A DNA stretch of 60,614 nt, filler included, from Stramenopiles sp. TOSAG23-2 (lineage: Eukaryota), in assembly GCA_900128395.1 (NCBI GenBank). It is 6 parts of 6 records of this genome, joined end to end, with 100 filler letters (N's around TTAATTAATTAA, not from the genome) between each part and the next. Parts side by side here need not be neighbours in the genome. Positions count along the whole stretch, not along the records: positions 30,421 to 40,429 come from LT650050.1; positions 40,530 to 50,530 come from LT650051.1; 4 more parts are not named here. One strand, written 5' to 3'. Positions 35,601 to 49,500 of this stretch are shown piece after piece; position 1 is the stretch's first letter; each line of letters opens with the position of its first letter. The translations under genes and the position numbers were made by a program. The notes below the pieces were generated by a model. It was not told the DNA's origin and searched no databases. It saw nothing but the letters and a program-made list of their open reading frames with translations.

Positions 35601-38490
35601 GATCTTTTGGTGGGATTGGCGGCTCATTTGCAATTGTTTTACTAAATATTTCTGCTTCTGTATCCGATTTCACAGTATCATCATGGCCAGTCAATGCACG
35701 TTCCAGTAATTTTGCTTGGGTCAACGTACGTGGAAATCCATCTAATACCCAACCTTTATATGGCTTTTGCCGTGTAGTTGCTAAAATCGTATTTATTGTA
35801 TCATCAAACATTTCATTTGTATGAACACTAAATAAAGCAGTAAAATAATGCCCAGCTTCATGGAATGTAATTTGACCATCATGATCCTCATCCATTTGAT
35901 GTACAATTTCCAACGCTTCTAATACTAATTGATCTTGACTTAAACCTTCCCCAAAACTACGTACGGCTTGGACCATTTCCCCGATATCAAGTGTTCCACT
36001 TCCATCTTCATCCCACGTATCAAATAATAATTTTAACATTGCTTCTCTGTATGCAAACTCATCGTTATTGTATTCTTCGCGTGTAATACCAGCATCTGTT
36101 TTAATTGCTTCGTTTGCTATATTATTTGCTTGTGCCGCTACTAAGCGTATTTTAGCGACAATTAAATCAATATACAAATGATCTTCCACGGTTTTTCCAG
36201 CCATTAATGCATCTTTGACATTTTTACCAATGGCACTAACACTATCATGATATGCACGATCATCAACACTTTCCATCGTTCCTTCCAAGGACATCACTTC
36301 TGCATTTGGACTCATCCCACTCCATGATATAGATTCTTGAATCAATATATCAATATCAATCAATGCTAAACAATGTTTATCAGCTAAACGTTGTGCTTGA
36401 CTTGATTTTCCACTGAATGGACCACCAATAACACATGCTGTTAATGGCATTTTTGGTGGTAAATCCAATACAGGTGGTGGTGTCGCATTTGATATAATTT
36501 GACGTAATGTTTGAACTGCTTTACCAGTTAATAATGTTGGATCCGTTGGTTTTGGTTGTTCAACTTCTTCTGGTGTTGTGGTCTCTTCTGCATTTTCTTC
36601 AGTTGGAGCTTCAGCTTCTTTTTCTTCTTGTTTTACTTCCTCTGTTGCATTTGCTTCTTCTCCATCAGTACTATTATTTTCATTATTATTATTATTATTA
36701 TTTGTTCCCCAAAATTTCAATTCATTTTGGATATATGATATCATTTCTTGTTTTACAACTACATTGGATAGATCATTATCATTGCTACATCCATCAATAT
36801 TCATATTTGCATCATTTAATGTAAATACATGGTTTAATTCTTGTTCCATGCCTAATGCAAGACCTTCATATTCACGAACCATACGTAAATCAATAGTACG
36901 TAAACTTAAATCAACTATTTTTCTCACCGTATCATTACAAAAGTTAATCGTAGCACGTTTTTGACTTAACGATCTTGCGGTATCATATGTTTTCACGCGT
37001 TCTTTTTGTTGCGTGATTTCTTCTTCATATGCAGCACGTTGTACCATGTAATATTCATTGTCCCTAAGAACAGCTTCTTCTTCATCCATTTCTCTTCTTT
37101 CAGTATACATTTTTTCACGATTTTGACGATTACGTAAGAAAATTTCAGTATGTAAACTAATTTTACTTAAATCATCTAATAATTCACTTTCCATATATGT
37201 TTTACCAACAAGTTTATTACATAATTGTTTTTTTTCCATATTTGATGCCCGTGTTGCACGTGATAATTGTGAATCTGCTAAAAATTTCCTACGTCTACGT
37301 TCTCTTTGTTCACGTAAACCATTTCGTCGTTGTGCTGTTTCCTTTACCATATCAATTGCTTTGTTGTATTCCAACTTCCATCGTTTTGGATTTCCAGTTA
37401 AACGTTTGGTTGCTTTGAAAAATTCATCTTGGTTCATTTTCGATGTAATTTCATAACTATATGGTTCTGGTTTACGTGTTTTCATGGACATTGATAATTC
37501 TTCCGGTTCCACTGCTTTTTTTGCTTTTAACATTTCTGCACCCATTCTGTGTGTGTGTGTGTGTGTATTCTTGTGTGTTAGTTATTTGTACATATGATAT
37601 GTGTGTTTGTGTGTGTAGCTAAGAAGATGTATCTAGAGAAAGAGGTGTGTTCTGTATCAAGAATATACTTACAATGTTTGTTCAAATTTTTCAACACCAC
37701 CAACTGCTTCTGCGTTGGATTTAAGACGTGCGTTTGCTTCTGATGCTTTTTTAGCATTTTTTGCACGTTTCTTCATTCTTCGCGTATGATCTTCACGTTC
37801 TTTTTGAATTTGTTGATTGTATGCCCATTCCTCGATACCTTTCTCTTGCCAATCGTGTAAAAATTCATGTTCTCGTTGTAGATTTTGACGCCGTTGTTGA
37901 CGTATCATGTCTTTCTCTGCAAAAAAAGCTTGTAGTGCAGCGATACCTTCTTGATATGCCGTTTCTTCCAAATTTTGTTGAAAATCTGTAAATTTCTTTA
38001 AATGTTTTGCCATATCCACTTGGTTTTGACCTTTGATGTACATACGTATACTTTTTTCGAACAATTCATGTTGTGCATTGTCATACGTTGCCCGTGTTAA
38101 ACGTAATGGCATATTCGTTAAACGTCTTACACCATCTTGTTTTGGTCTACCAACAACTGCACTTGCTTTGGAACTTATTTTATCTAATACATTTTTTAAC
38201 TTTGCAACTAAATTCATTGCCGTACGTGGATATTCTTTGATGATTTCAAATGCAATTTTCGAATCAAAGCGCAAGCCTAGTTTACGAAAGATAGGTTCCA
38301 ACCTACAGAAATTCGTAATCTTTGCATTCGAAGCAGATTTATTCACATATTCTGGAAAGTCATTTAATTGATTATATACGTGTAATAAATCAGCAAATAA
38401 ATAACCATTTGAAAAATCTTTCGCAAAATTTGTAACTTTTTTGGTTAATACCACATCCTCATTGATCCATTTATAGAGTAAATGCGCCAT
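32551..38490 (-). CDS. SPEF2: Sperm flagellar protein 2 / CPC1 central-pair protein, 2 exons (38490-37673, 37546-32551), ~1937 aa, C-terminus apparently truncated
   Basis: N-terminal CH domain (FAKDFSNGYLFADLLHVYNQ...NFCRLEP), adenylate-kinase-like domain (GGPFSGKSSQA; GWVLDGFPRTLTQA; RRALGRRIDP...YHVEFNPP), EDFRYDDDVKSELHQRV. Intron 37672-37547 is in frame. Confidence 0.9.
37547..37672 (-). other. Spliceosomal intron (126 bp) in SPEF2
   Basis: GTAAGT donor, ACTAAC branch site, (AC)n then CAG acceptor; frame restored. Confidence 0.85.
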
Positions 38491-39642
38491 GTTTTTATGT
38501 GTGTGTGTATATATATATAATGGAATATATTGTGAATATATATATATATATATAGAAGGATAATATTATCTCTTTTAATATATATATATGTTTTCCACGC
38601 CGATCTGTTGTGTATGTTCAATAGTATTCTTTATCTATGTATTGTATATAGATGTATGTGGGAGAGGCAACGTCTTGGTGTTGTGTATGTATAAATCCTT
38701 ATGTTGTTAAATGGTAGTGTGTGTTATTGTAATGGAAGATTAGGGTTAGGGTTTTGTATTATTAAGGGGATTGTTGGTGTGGTGGGGGAAAGACTTGGGA
38801 TGAAACAGTTTGTTTGTTGGAGCGGCGGCGATGAGGACAGGATTTGTTTTAACGGAATATTTTGTGAGGAGGAGGGCGGTGGTGGGGTGTAAGTATGACT
38901 GATTGTAGTGTTACATGGATTAAAATGCCTATCTTTGTATAAATTGTTAAATGTTGTAAGTGTACCAAAGAACGACATATATCCAACTTAGTCACCACAA
39001 TGTTTATGGAATAGCATTAGAGCACTGGAATTAGCATGGAAATAGCATTGGAATAGCACTAACACAGGATCTTTTTAAAGTTTAAAGTTGGTGCAACGGT
39101 GAAGCGGTAGAGTTCTCGATGTTGACATATATTTATTTCCCCTACACAAACTCTAGTATAATACATTTATATCTCAACATAACTAAGATATATTAAATGA
39201 GCAAAGTAGGGGTGATGTAAAAAATCTGAATTAAATAATAAAAATGAAGAACTTTTTTCTCCGTCCCAATAAAATAGACATAGAGGATGCAGGAGATAGG
39301 TTGCATAGAAATGATGTAGAACAACGTAAATATATTTATCCATGTGGTTAGTTGCAATCTTAATAATTTATTGAATCATCATACCATACATAACAAAAAT
39401 ATATTTATAAACGAAAAAAAAAGTTATCAATTTAAAAAAGAAATTTCTACAACACATTAAACATTTAATAATTGGCAAATTTTCATCACTAATTAATTTC
39501 TAATTTCGTTATCTTTCAGTGAAGTTGGAAGCAACGAACGGGAATATATATATACATATATATAAATATAATACTCAGCAAGAATCAAACAATATATAAG
39601 CAATAAATATATACATACATAAACACAGAAATTAATAACAAC

Positions 39643-40429
39643 ATGGGATCGGGAAATTCAACACCTGCAAAAGTTACACCAACAAATCCAATTGTTAAAC
39701 AATTATTTCACGCAGCAGAAACACAAATCAAAAATAAGGACATACAAAATGCAATTGCATCTTACGAAAAAGCAGAAACGTTAACAACAGATGAAAACGT
39801 AAAACAATATATACATTACCAATTATCAACGTTAAAAGACGATAATATACGAGAAGCAACAAGTACAACAAGCATGGAATCACCATCTAAAAAAATACAA
39901 AAATCACAAGAGATAACAAATAAATTTGATCAATTATTTGAAGCTTTTAAAACAAATATTGCCAACAAGTACAACAAGCATGGAATCACCATCTAAAAAA
40001 ATACAAAAATCACAAGAAATTACGAATAAATTTGATCAATTATTCGAAGCTTTTAAAACAAATGTTGCATCCCCAGCTACCTACAATGATGCCGTCGAAA
40101 ATATCAACGTTATCATACAAATTGATTCAAGACAAGTCAAATCTATTGGTACATATTTTAATAATTTAATGTCTGATATTGTCTGTGCAACTGATTTATT
40201 CCAAGGTATTGATACCGATCAAACGGATCATATTAAAGAAAATATTATGATATTATTAAAAGATTTAGCATTTGTTAATTTTCAAAATAATTTATCAAAT
40301 GGGTTAAACATTTCTTCAGAAAAACATAAAGAAATGGTTGATGCTATTACAACACATATTAAATGGATGCAAAAAAGTGAAACGAAAGAATTATCCTTTA
40401 CACAATTATATTTCTTCACTGATTATATA
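39643..40429 (+). CDS. Hypothetical protein (MGSGNS myristoylation-like start, TPR-like helix pair), frameshifted by a 106-bp duplication and 3'-truncated by contig end
   Basis: Two overlapping ORFs share the peptide TSTTSMESPSKKIQKSQEITNKFDQLFEAFKTN; removing one repeat copy gives a single frame. Confidence 0.6.
39857..40068 (+). repeat. Tandem duplication, 2 x 106 bp, 5 substitutions
   Basis: Copies at 39857-39962 and 39963-40068. Confidence 0.9.
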
Positions 40430-40529
40430 NNNNNNNNNNNNNNNNNNNNNNNNNNNNNNNNNNNNNNNNNNNNTTAATTAATTAANNNNNNNNNNNNNNN
40501 NNNNNNNNNNNNNNNNNNNNNNNNNNNNN
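40430..40529. other. Artificial contig-joining spacer
   Basis: N44-TTAATTAATTAA-N44. Confidence 0.98.
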
Positions 40530-43500
40530 CAAGTTACTGACGAGGAAGAAGCTTTATTGGTTTCTTTAAGATCTAAATGGCAGGAATTCCGAATCACAAT
40601 GACGGAATCGGATAAAATGTTGAATAATAGTAAACAAAGCATGCAGCAAGATGTGGAAAATGCGTTAGATAATTTAGTTAGTGATGCAGTAGAGCAAAGA
40701 AAAGTTGCTAACTCGAAATTGCCATTTGGAGATGATATGTCACCTAAAGAAGCAATGGCAAAAATTAAGGAATTTAGAGAAAAAACTGCAAAGGAGCGAA
40801 AGGAACAGTCTGACTTGCGACCTGGCTTAGAAATTTTCAACATTGAAGAACCAGAATACAAACTTACCGCCGATACAGAGAGAGACATGGACCTTTTAGA
40901 AACCATTTGGCAAACAGCTGTTGATTGGGAAGAAAAATGGGAGAACTGGAAGCTGGAAATTTTTAATACTTTGGAGACCACTTCGATGGAAAACGAAGCC
41001 GCCGTCTTCCTAAAACGAATTGGAAAAGCAAACAGAGCAACAAAGCAAATCTCAAGATTAGGTGGATGGAGATGCCTAGATGGATTGAAGAATCGTGTAT
41101 TGCAGTTTCAAAACACGATGCCTTTAATTCAAGATTTAAAAAATCCGGTGATTAGGGAACGCCATTGGGTGGAACTGAAAAATGAAATTCATAAAGAGTT
41201 TGATGCACACAGTGACGAGTTTACATTAGCTTCTGTATTCACATTAGGATTACATTTACATAACGAATTTATAGCTACTATATCAGGAAATGCAAATAAG
41301 GAAGCTGCGATTGAAGCGGCATTAAAGGAAATTACAGCAGTTTGGGCAGAGGTCATTATTGATATGATGCCATTCAAAGGCGATTATTACAAAATTAGAA
41401 GTACGGAAGATTTATATACGCAATTAGAAGATAATCAAGTTCAGTTGTCAACAATGAAAGCTTCCAGATTTTTCATGGTATTCGAAAAAGAAATCCATTA
41501 CTGGGAGCATGCACTTTCCCATGTATCAGAAGTTGTTGAAATGCTTCTTACTGTACAACGTCAATGGATGTATTTGGAAAGTATCTTTATGAGTAGTGAA
41601 GATATTCGAAAGCAGCTGCCAGCTGAGGCAGTGTTATTTGACCAGGTAAATGAAGACTACAAAGTCATTACTCAATCGATCGTAAAAGAGCCAAATGCAG
41701 TGAAAGCCACGCATAAGGAAAATGTGTTGGAAACTCTAACTGAAATGGATGAAAGATTAGGTAAAATTCAAAAGTCTCTAGATCAGTATTTAGAATTAAA
41801 ACGTCAATACTTTCCAAGATTTTACTTCCTTTCGAATGACGATTTACTGGAAATATTGGGTCAACAAAAAGATCCAGAACAAGTACAAAAGCATATTAAA
41901 AAATGCTTCGTTGGTGTGAAATACATGCAATTGATACAACCTGGCGTGGCTGGCAATCGTACAATTGAAGCGATGGGATTACAATCATCAGATGGTGAAA
42001 GTATACCATTAGTTAATAATGTGGTTGTAGATGGCCCAGTAGAAAAATGGCTTGTAAGATTGGAAGAGGCTATGTTTTTGGCCGTGAAAAAGCAAATGAT
42101 GGGAACAAACGCTGGATACCGTGGAGCAAAAGATAAATGGGTAAAAGATTGGCCTGGTCAGTTGTTGATCACTCAAGGTAAAGTTGTATTTACTAAAGAT
42201 TGCACTAAAGCATTGCATTCTGTTGCTAAGGGGAATAAAAAGGCATTGAAACACGTAAAGAAAAAACAAATTGGGTATATTGGAAAGTTATCAGAAATGG
42301 TTAGAGGTCAATTATCAAAAATTGAACGTAAGAAGGTTGTTGCATTGATTACTATGGAAATTCATTCTCGTGATGTTGAGGAGCGTATGATAAAAGGGGG
42401 GGCAAACCACCCTGAAGCATTTTTGTGGCTTAGTCAATTGCGATTTTACTACGATAAAGATGCTGGTGATACTGGCTTTGGTGAGGTTGGAGCTAAGCAA
42501 TCAAACACAATTCAAATATTTGGTTATGAATACCAAGGTAACAATGGTAGGTTAGTAGTAACAGCCCTGACTGATCGATGTATCATTACATTGACAACAG
42601 CATTATTTCTTCAGCGAGGCGGTAGTCCGTTGGGACCGGCCGGTACGGGGAAGACAGAAACTGTGAAGGATTTAGGTAAGAATTTAGCAAAATACGTAGT
42701 CGTATTTAACTGTAGTGACTCAATGGATTACCGTTCAGTCGGTCGTATGTTTTCAGGTTTAGTACAAACTGGTGGTTGGGGTTGTTTTGATGAATTTAAT
42801 CGTATTCAAATTGAGGTACTTTCTGTTATTGGCCAGCAAGTTATGTCTATCATGATGGCTATTCGTGCCAGAAAAACAGAATTTTCATTTATGGGAGTAA
42901 TGATCAGATGTAACTGGAATTGTGGTATTTTTATCACGATGAATCCTGGTTATGCAGGTCGTACAGAATTACCTGATAGTTTAAAAGCAATGTTTAGACC
43001 TTGTGCGATGATGGTTCCAGATATGGGGCAAATTGCGGAGGTTATGTTAGCAGCTCAAGGTTTCAACGATGCTAGAAATTTAGGGAAACGTGCTACTACT
43101 TTATATGATCTTATGACGCAACAACTCTCAAAACAGGATCACTACGATTTCGGCTTAAGAGCAATTGCGAGTGTATTAGCATGTGCTGGTGCGTTGAAGC
43201 GACAACAACCTGATGGAGCAGAAGACATGATACTTTTGAGGGCTTTGCGTGATATGAATATACCAAAGTTTATCAAAGCTGACTCTATGCTTTTCTTGCT
43301 TCTCCTGGGGGATCTTTTCCCTGGATTAGAGCTTCCTGTGACCGATTATGGTGCATTGCAAGTGGCACTTGAGAGATGTTTAGAACGCAGAGGACTACAA
43401 AAGCATCCCGTTATAGTTAAAAAATGTATTCAATTGTATGAAACTCAAGTAACCCGGCATTGCAATATGCTTGTAGGATATACCCTTGGAGGGAAATCTA

Positions 43501-46500
43501 CAGCTTGGAGAGTTCTTGCAGATGCAAAAACATCATTGAACAAGGAAGATAAAATTAAAAGTTACTTGCCTGTCAGATCACATTGTCTTAATCCAAAATC
43601 ATTAAGTTTGAATGAACTTTATGGTGCATATGATTTAGCAACAATGGAATGGGCGGATGGAGTGTTGTCGACGGTTTTCAGAGCTTGTGCAACCGATGAA
43701 AAGCCAATTGACAAGTGGATTGTTTTGGATGGACCTGTTGACACTTTATGGATCGAAAGTATGAACACAGTTATGGATAACAATAAGCAACTTACATTAA
43801 TTAATGGTGATCGTATCCAGATGAGTTCACACATGTCTTTGGTTTTTGAGGTACAAGATTTAGCAGTAGCTTCGCCTGCAACGGTCAGTCGTGCGGGTAT
43901 GGTTTACGTTGATGTCTTGGATTTAGGATGGAGAACATATGTTAAAAGTTGGCTGGAGAAAATGTTTGAAAATGAAACTGAAAGAAATGGTTTCAATGCA
44001 TTATTTGAAAAATATATTGATGTGTTCCTTCGATATAAAATTAGATATATTACTGAGTTGATTGCACAGCGAGACTTCACTTTAGTTGTATCTTTGTGTA
44101 CAATATTGGGTGCATTTTATAATAATGAAGATAACAATTTACAAATGGGCGGTGGTGATAATGCACCTGAAGGACACTGGGCTTATGTTGAAAAATGGTT
44201 TGCATATTCACTAGTATGGAGTCTTGGTGCGACTGCGGACGAAGAGGGGAGAAAGAGAGTTGATGCGTGTATGCGAGATATTGAATCGAACTATCCACCT
44301 CAAGGTAACGTATATGATTACTTTGTCGATGTTGAAAGAAAAGATTTCCGTAGTTGGCAAGACAAGGTACCTGCAAATTATCGTCCTCCAAGAGATGCAG
44401 AATTTTTCCAAATTTATGTACCTACATTGGATACAGTTAGAAATCAAAAAATCGTTAAGACATTAATTTCCATCAAGCAGGCAATTTGCCTTGTTGGTCA
44501 AACAGGTACAGGGAAAACCGTTTTAGCTGAAAAAATGTTGGAAAACTTACACTCTACACATTCAAGTCTAATCGTTAATTTTTCCTCAGCAACGACATCA
44601 AATAGTTGCCAAGAAATTATTGAAGGGTCTATGGAAAAAAGATCGAAGGATAAATATGGTCCTCCGGGTGGAAAACAATTAGTTTGCTTTGTTGATGACT
44701 TTAATATGCCTAGGAAAGATTTATTCGGATCGCAGCCTCCATTAGAAATTTTGCGTCAATGGGTAGACTATGGAGGTTGGTACGATCGTGGCAAATGTTT
44801 GTGGCGTTTCATCCAAGATATGCAATTAATGGTGTCAATGGGTCCTCCAGGTGGTGGCAGAGCAGTCATTTCGGAACGAATACAAAGTCGATTTAATATG
44901 ATTAATTTTACACAATCAGCTGATCAAGAAACAAAGCAAATATTTGAAGCTATCCTCGGTCCACGTATATCGGAATTTTCTGACGATATAAAGACGTTAA
45001 CAAAACCATTCATTGAATCTACATTAGACGTATACAATGAGATGCTTGCAAACTTTTTGCCTACGCCAGCAAAATGCCATTATTTGTTTAATTTACGGGA
45101 TATTGCAAAAGTTGTTCAAGGGATGCTACATGCAGACAAGAACTATATTGATACAAAGGATGGCATCGTGCGCTTATGGACACATGAAACTTTCCGCGTA
45201 TTTGGTGATAGACTGGTAGACTTCGACGATTTGAATAAATTTACCACTTTGGTGAAAAATGTAATCAAAGCAAAACTTGATTGTGAATGGGATGGTTTGA
45301 TGGAGAAGCTGACAGCCCCAGAAACAGGGCCTGTATTCGTTGATTTTTTAACTGAGACTGGGGAAGGGCACCCACCATACGAAGAAGTACTTGACATTAA
45401 TAATTTGAAAGCGGTTGTAGATGAAAAATTAGAAGATTATAACATGGAACCCGGTTATATTCCAATGGATTTGGTTATTTTTAGAGATGCATTATTGCAC
45501 ATTACTCGGGTTTGCAGGGTAATAGCGCAACCAAGAGGAAATGCGCTCTTGATTGGTGTCGGGGGAAGTGGTCGTCAGTCTTTGACCCGTTTAGCTGCGT
45601 TTATATCGACGTATAAATTGTTTCAAATTGAGATAACGAAACAATATCGTACGCTGGAGTTTCATGAAGATATTAAAAAGGTTTACATTCAAGCTGGTGT
45701 TGATAATCAACGTACAGTATTCTTATTTACAGATACTCAAGTAAAGCAAGAAAGTTTCTTGGAAGACTTGAATAATATTTTAAGTAGTGGTATTGTTCCG
45801 AACTTATTTCCAGACGATGAGTTAGCTCCTATATACGACGGTGTTCGTGCCGCTGCAGTAAAAGCAGGCGTTCCGGAAACAGGTCCAGAACTGTGGGCAT
45901 ATTTCATTCGTACTGTCAGGAAAAATTTACACATAGTATTAGCAATGAGTCCAATCGGTGATGCTTTTAGAAATCGTTGTCGTATGTATCCTGCATTTGT
46001 AAGTTGTACGACAGTTGACTTTTTCTTCCCTTGGCCAGCTGCAGCGTTAAAGGAAGTTGCAATGAAGTTTTTAGAATCTGTTGAAGTAAAAGATGAATCT
46101 TACAAGCCAAAGTTAGCAACGATGTTTTCTATGGCACACGAGGACACTGCTGAGGCATCAATACGAATGTTAAATCAATGGCGTCGTAATATTTACATTA
46201 CTCCAACAAGTTATTTAGAGCTGGTTAAAGGATATCGCGCACTTTTAGTGGAGAAAAGGGAGGAATTGGCGGTACGACGTGATAGGCTTGCAGGGGGTAC
46301 AGCAAAATTAGTTGAAGGTGCAGAGCAAGTAGAAATTATGTCAGAGCAACTCGCTGCAAAAAAAATTGTTGTTGCGCAAGCGCAAAAAGATTGTGAAGAA
46401 CTATTAGTAGTTATTGTGGGTGAGAAACGAGCAGCAGATGACAAGAAGAAAAAAGTCGAGGCTGATAGCGTAAGGATTTCAAAAATTGCAGCAGATGCCA

Positions 46501-49500
46501 ATGCAATTGCGGAAAGTGCGGAAAGGGACTTAAGTGTCGCTTTGCCAGCATTGGAAAAGGCGATGGCAGAGGTAGACAAGTTGGACAAAGGTTCCATTAC
46601 AGAGGTGAAAAATTATTCTACACCTCCAGATGCGGTCGTCATGGTCTTGGCTGCATGTATGATTTTGTTCAAAAAGCCAACAGACTGGAAAACTGCTAAA
46701 CTTAAGATTAGTGAATCAAATTTTCTCCAACAAGTAAAGGATTATGATAAAGACAATATTCCAAAAAGCATATTGTCCAAAATTCGTAAATATTGTAAAA
46801 AGCCGGAATTTGATCCTGAAGATGTGAAAAAAAAATCTGTTGCTGCTGCGGCACTTTGTATTTGGGTCCGAGCTATGGAAACATATGCAACAGTAGCAAT
46901 TGAGGTTGCACCAAAGCGAGCAAAGCTTGCAAAAGCTATGAAAGGATTAGCAAAGGCAGAAGGGGAACTTGCTGTAGCAAAGGAAAAGCTGGCTGAGGTT
47001 ATTGCACAAGTAGAAGGTTTGCAAAAACAATATGACGAAAGTGTAGGTGAAAAAAATAGATTAAGGGATGAGGCGGAAGGTTTAGAATTGAAATTGGAAA
47101 GGGCTGACAAATTAGTCGGTGGCCTTGCTGGTGAACGTGTGAGGTGGGAAGCACAAGTAGAGGTATTTAATGAAAGCATTGACAATGTAGTCGGAGATGC
47201 GCTCATAGCTGCAGCGTTTGGATCATATTGTGGTCCGTTTGATTCTGAATACAGACATGATTTAGTCACAAGATGGCAAAACAATGTGAAAAGCCAACAT
47301 CTACCGCATTCTGCTTCCTTTTCCTTTTCAGATTTCCTTGCTAAGGCGACCGATGTCAGAGATTGGAATATTCAAGGATTGCCTCAAGACTCATTCTCCA
47401 CCGAAAATGGTGTTATTGTTACACGTGGTCGGCGTTGGGCCTTGATGATAGATCCTCAAGGGCAAGCAAATCGATGGATAAAAAATATGGAAGGAAAGCA
47501 ATTAAAAGTTTGCGATCTTTTGATGCCAGACTTTCTGCGCGAATTGGAAAATGCCATCCAGTTTGGTTTTGCGTATTTAATGCAAGATATACTCGAAACG
47601 TTAGATCCATCTTTAGCGCCGGTGCTGGGAAAATCTATTATTAAAGTCGGCAATAGAGAAATTTTGAAATTAGGTGATAAAGAAATTGATTATGATAAAA
47701 ATTTCAAATTTTACATGACGACGAAATTGCAAAATCCCCATTACTCTCCAGAGCTATCTACCCAAGTAACAATTGTCAATTTCTCTGTTAAAGAGGAAGG
47801 TTTAGAGGCACAATTACTCGGTATTGTTGTTCAAGAAGAGCAGCCAAAATTAGAGACACAAAAAAGTGAATTGGTTTTAAGAGTAGCAGCTGGTAAAAAG
47901 AAATTAACAGAGCTGGAAGATCAAATTTTACATTTATTGTCATCTGCAGAAGGCTCGTTACTAGACGATCCGACGTTGGTAGATGTTCTACAAGTATCTA
48001 AAACAACTTCTAATGAAGTAACTGAGCAATTAGAGATTGCAGAGGAAACTGAAATACAAATTGATGCTGCCAGACAAGGGTATCGTCCTATTTCAGTTCG
48101 TGCTGCATTGTTGTATTTCATTTTAAGTGACTTGGCCGCTGTTGATCCGATGTATCAATTTTCTCTTCAGGCGTATGTGACATTGTTCTTACAAAGTATC
48201 ACGAATAGTCGTGATAAGTCGGGCATTGTGCCAGAGTTACCATTGCGCTTGAGAGAGATTATTGATTTTCATACGTTACAAGTCTACAAGACTACATGCT
48301 TAGGGCTTTTCGAGCGTCACAAACTGCTGTTATCATTTCAAATGTGTACCAAAATATTGTTAAAAGATTCGAAAATTCCAAAACCTGAATTCAATGCTCT
48401 TCTTTCGGGTGCGAAAGTCCTTGATCGATCTAGTCAACGTAAGAATCCTGATCCAGAATGGATCCCAATCAATCTTTGGGACAGTGTATGTGAACTTGGT
48501 AATTTAGATGCTTTTGAAGGTTTCGCATCTTCATTTGAAGCTGAAATAGCAAATTGGAAAACATTTTTCATGGATTCGGCACCTGAGATGCTAGATCTTC
48601 CAGGTGAATGGCAAAATAAGTTAAACGGTTTACAACGCTTTATTTGCATGAGGTACATACGTCCAGATCGTGCATTGCTGATGTGCACAAAATATGTCGC
48701 CAATAATTTAGGAACAGAATTTACCGAACCTCCAGCATTCGACATGAATATGGTGTACGACTCGTCCCTTGCCACTACGCCATTGATATTTATTCTTTCG
48801 CCGGGTGTAGATCCACAAAATCAAATCCAAACGCTTGCAGATGCACTAGATGTAGATTTAGAAGCATGTGCGTTAGGACAAGGACAAGCCCCTATTGCTA
48901 CACGTATGATTAACGATGGTGTCGCGCATGGTGGGTTTAAATATTTAGCAAATTGCCATTTATCTATTAGTTGGATGCCTGCGTTGGAAAAATTAATCGA
49001 TAATTTCGTATCAAATGTTACACCTCATGAAGAATTTCGCCTTTGGTTATCCAGTAGTCCACATCCAGATTTCCCGATTTCCATTTTACAAGGTGGTATT
49101 AAAATGACAACTGAACCACCTCAAGGTTTACAAACAAATTTAGCAAGGTTGTACCGTTTGGTGTCGGATGAAGATTTTGAATCAAGCATTGAGGAAGTGA
49201 AACATAAATATAAAAAATTGCTCTTTTCCTTGGTATGGTTCCATGCATTGATATTAGAACGTCGTAAATTCAAGGCGTTGGGATGGAACATTCCATACGA
49301 GTTTAACAATTCTGATTTTATTATATGTGAGAGTATTTTACGAATTTACATTGATGAATATCCAGAAAAAACTCCATTTGAAGCGTTGCAATATTTAATT
49401 GCTGAAGCTAATTATGGTGGCCGTGTAACTGATAGCTGGGATAGACGACTTTTGAATGTGTACATATACCAATTTTTCTGTGAAGATGCCATCTCAATCA

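Noticed and set aside
38740-38751. TTAGGGTTAGGG telomere-like repeat
   Set aside because: Only two units, contig-internal.
38701-38978. Short Pro/Thr-rich ORFs upstream of SPEF2
   Set aside because: Under 90 aa, low complexity, no recognisable domain.
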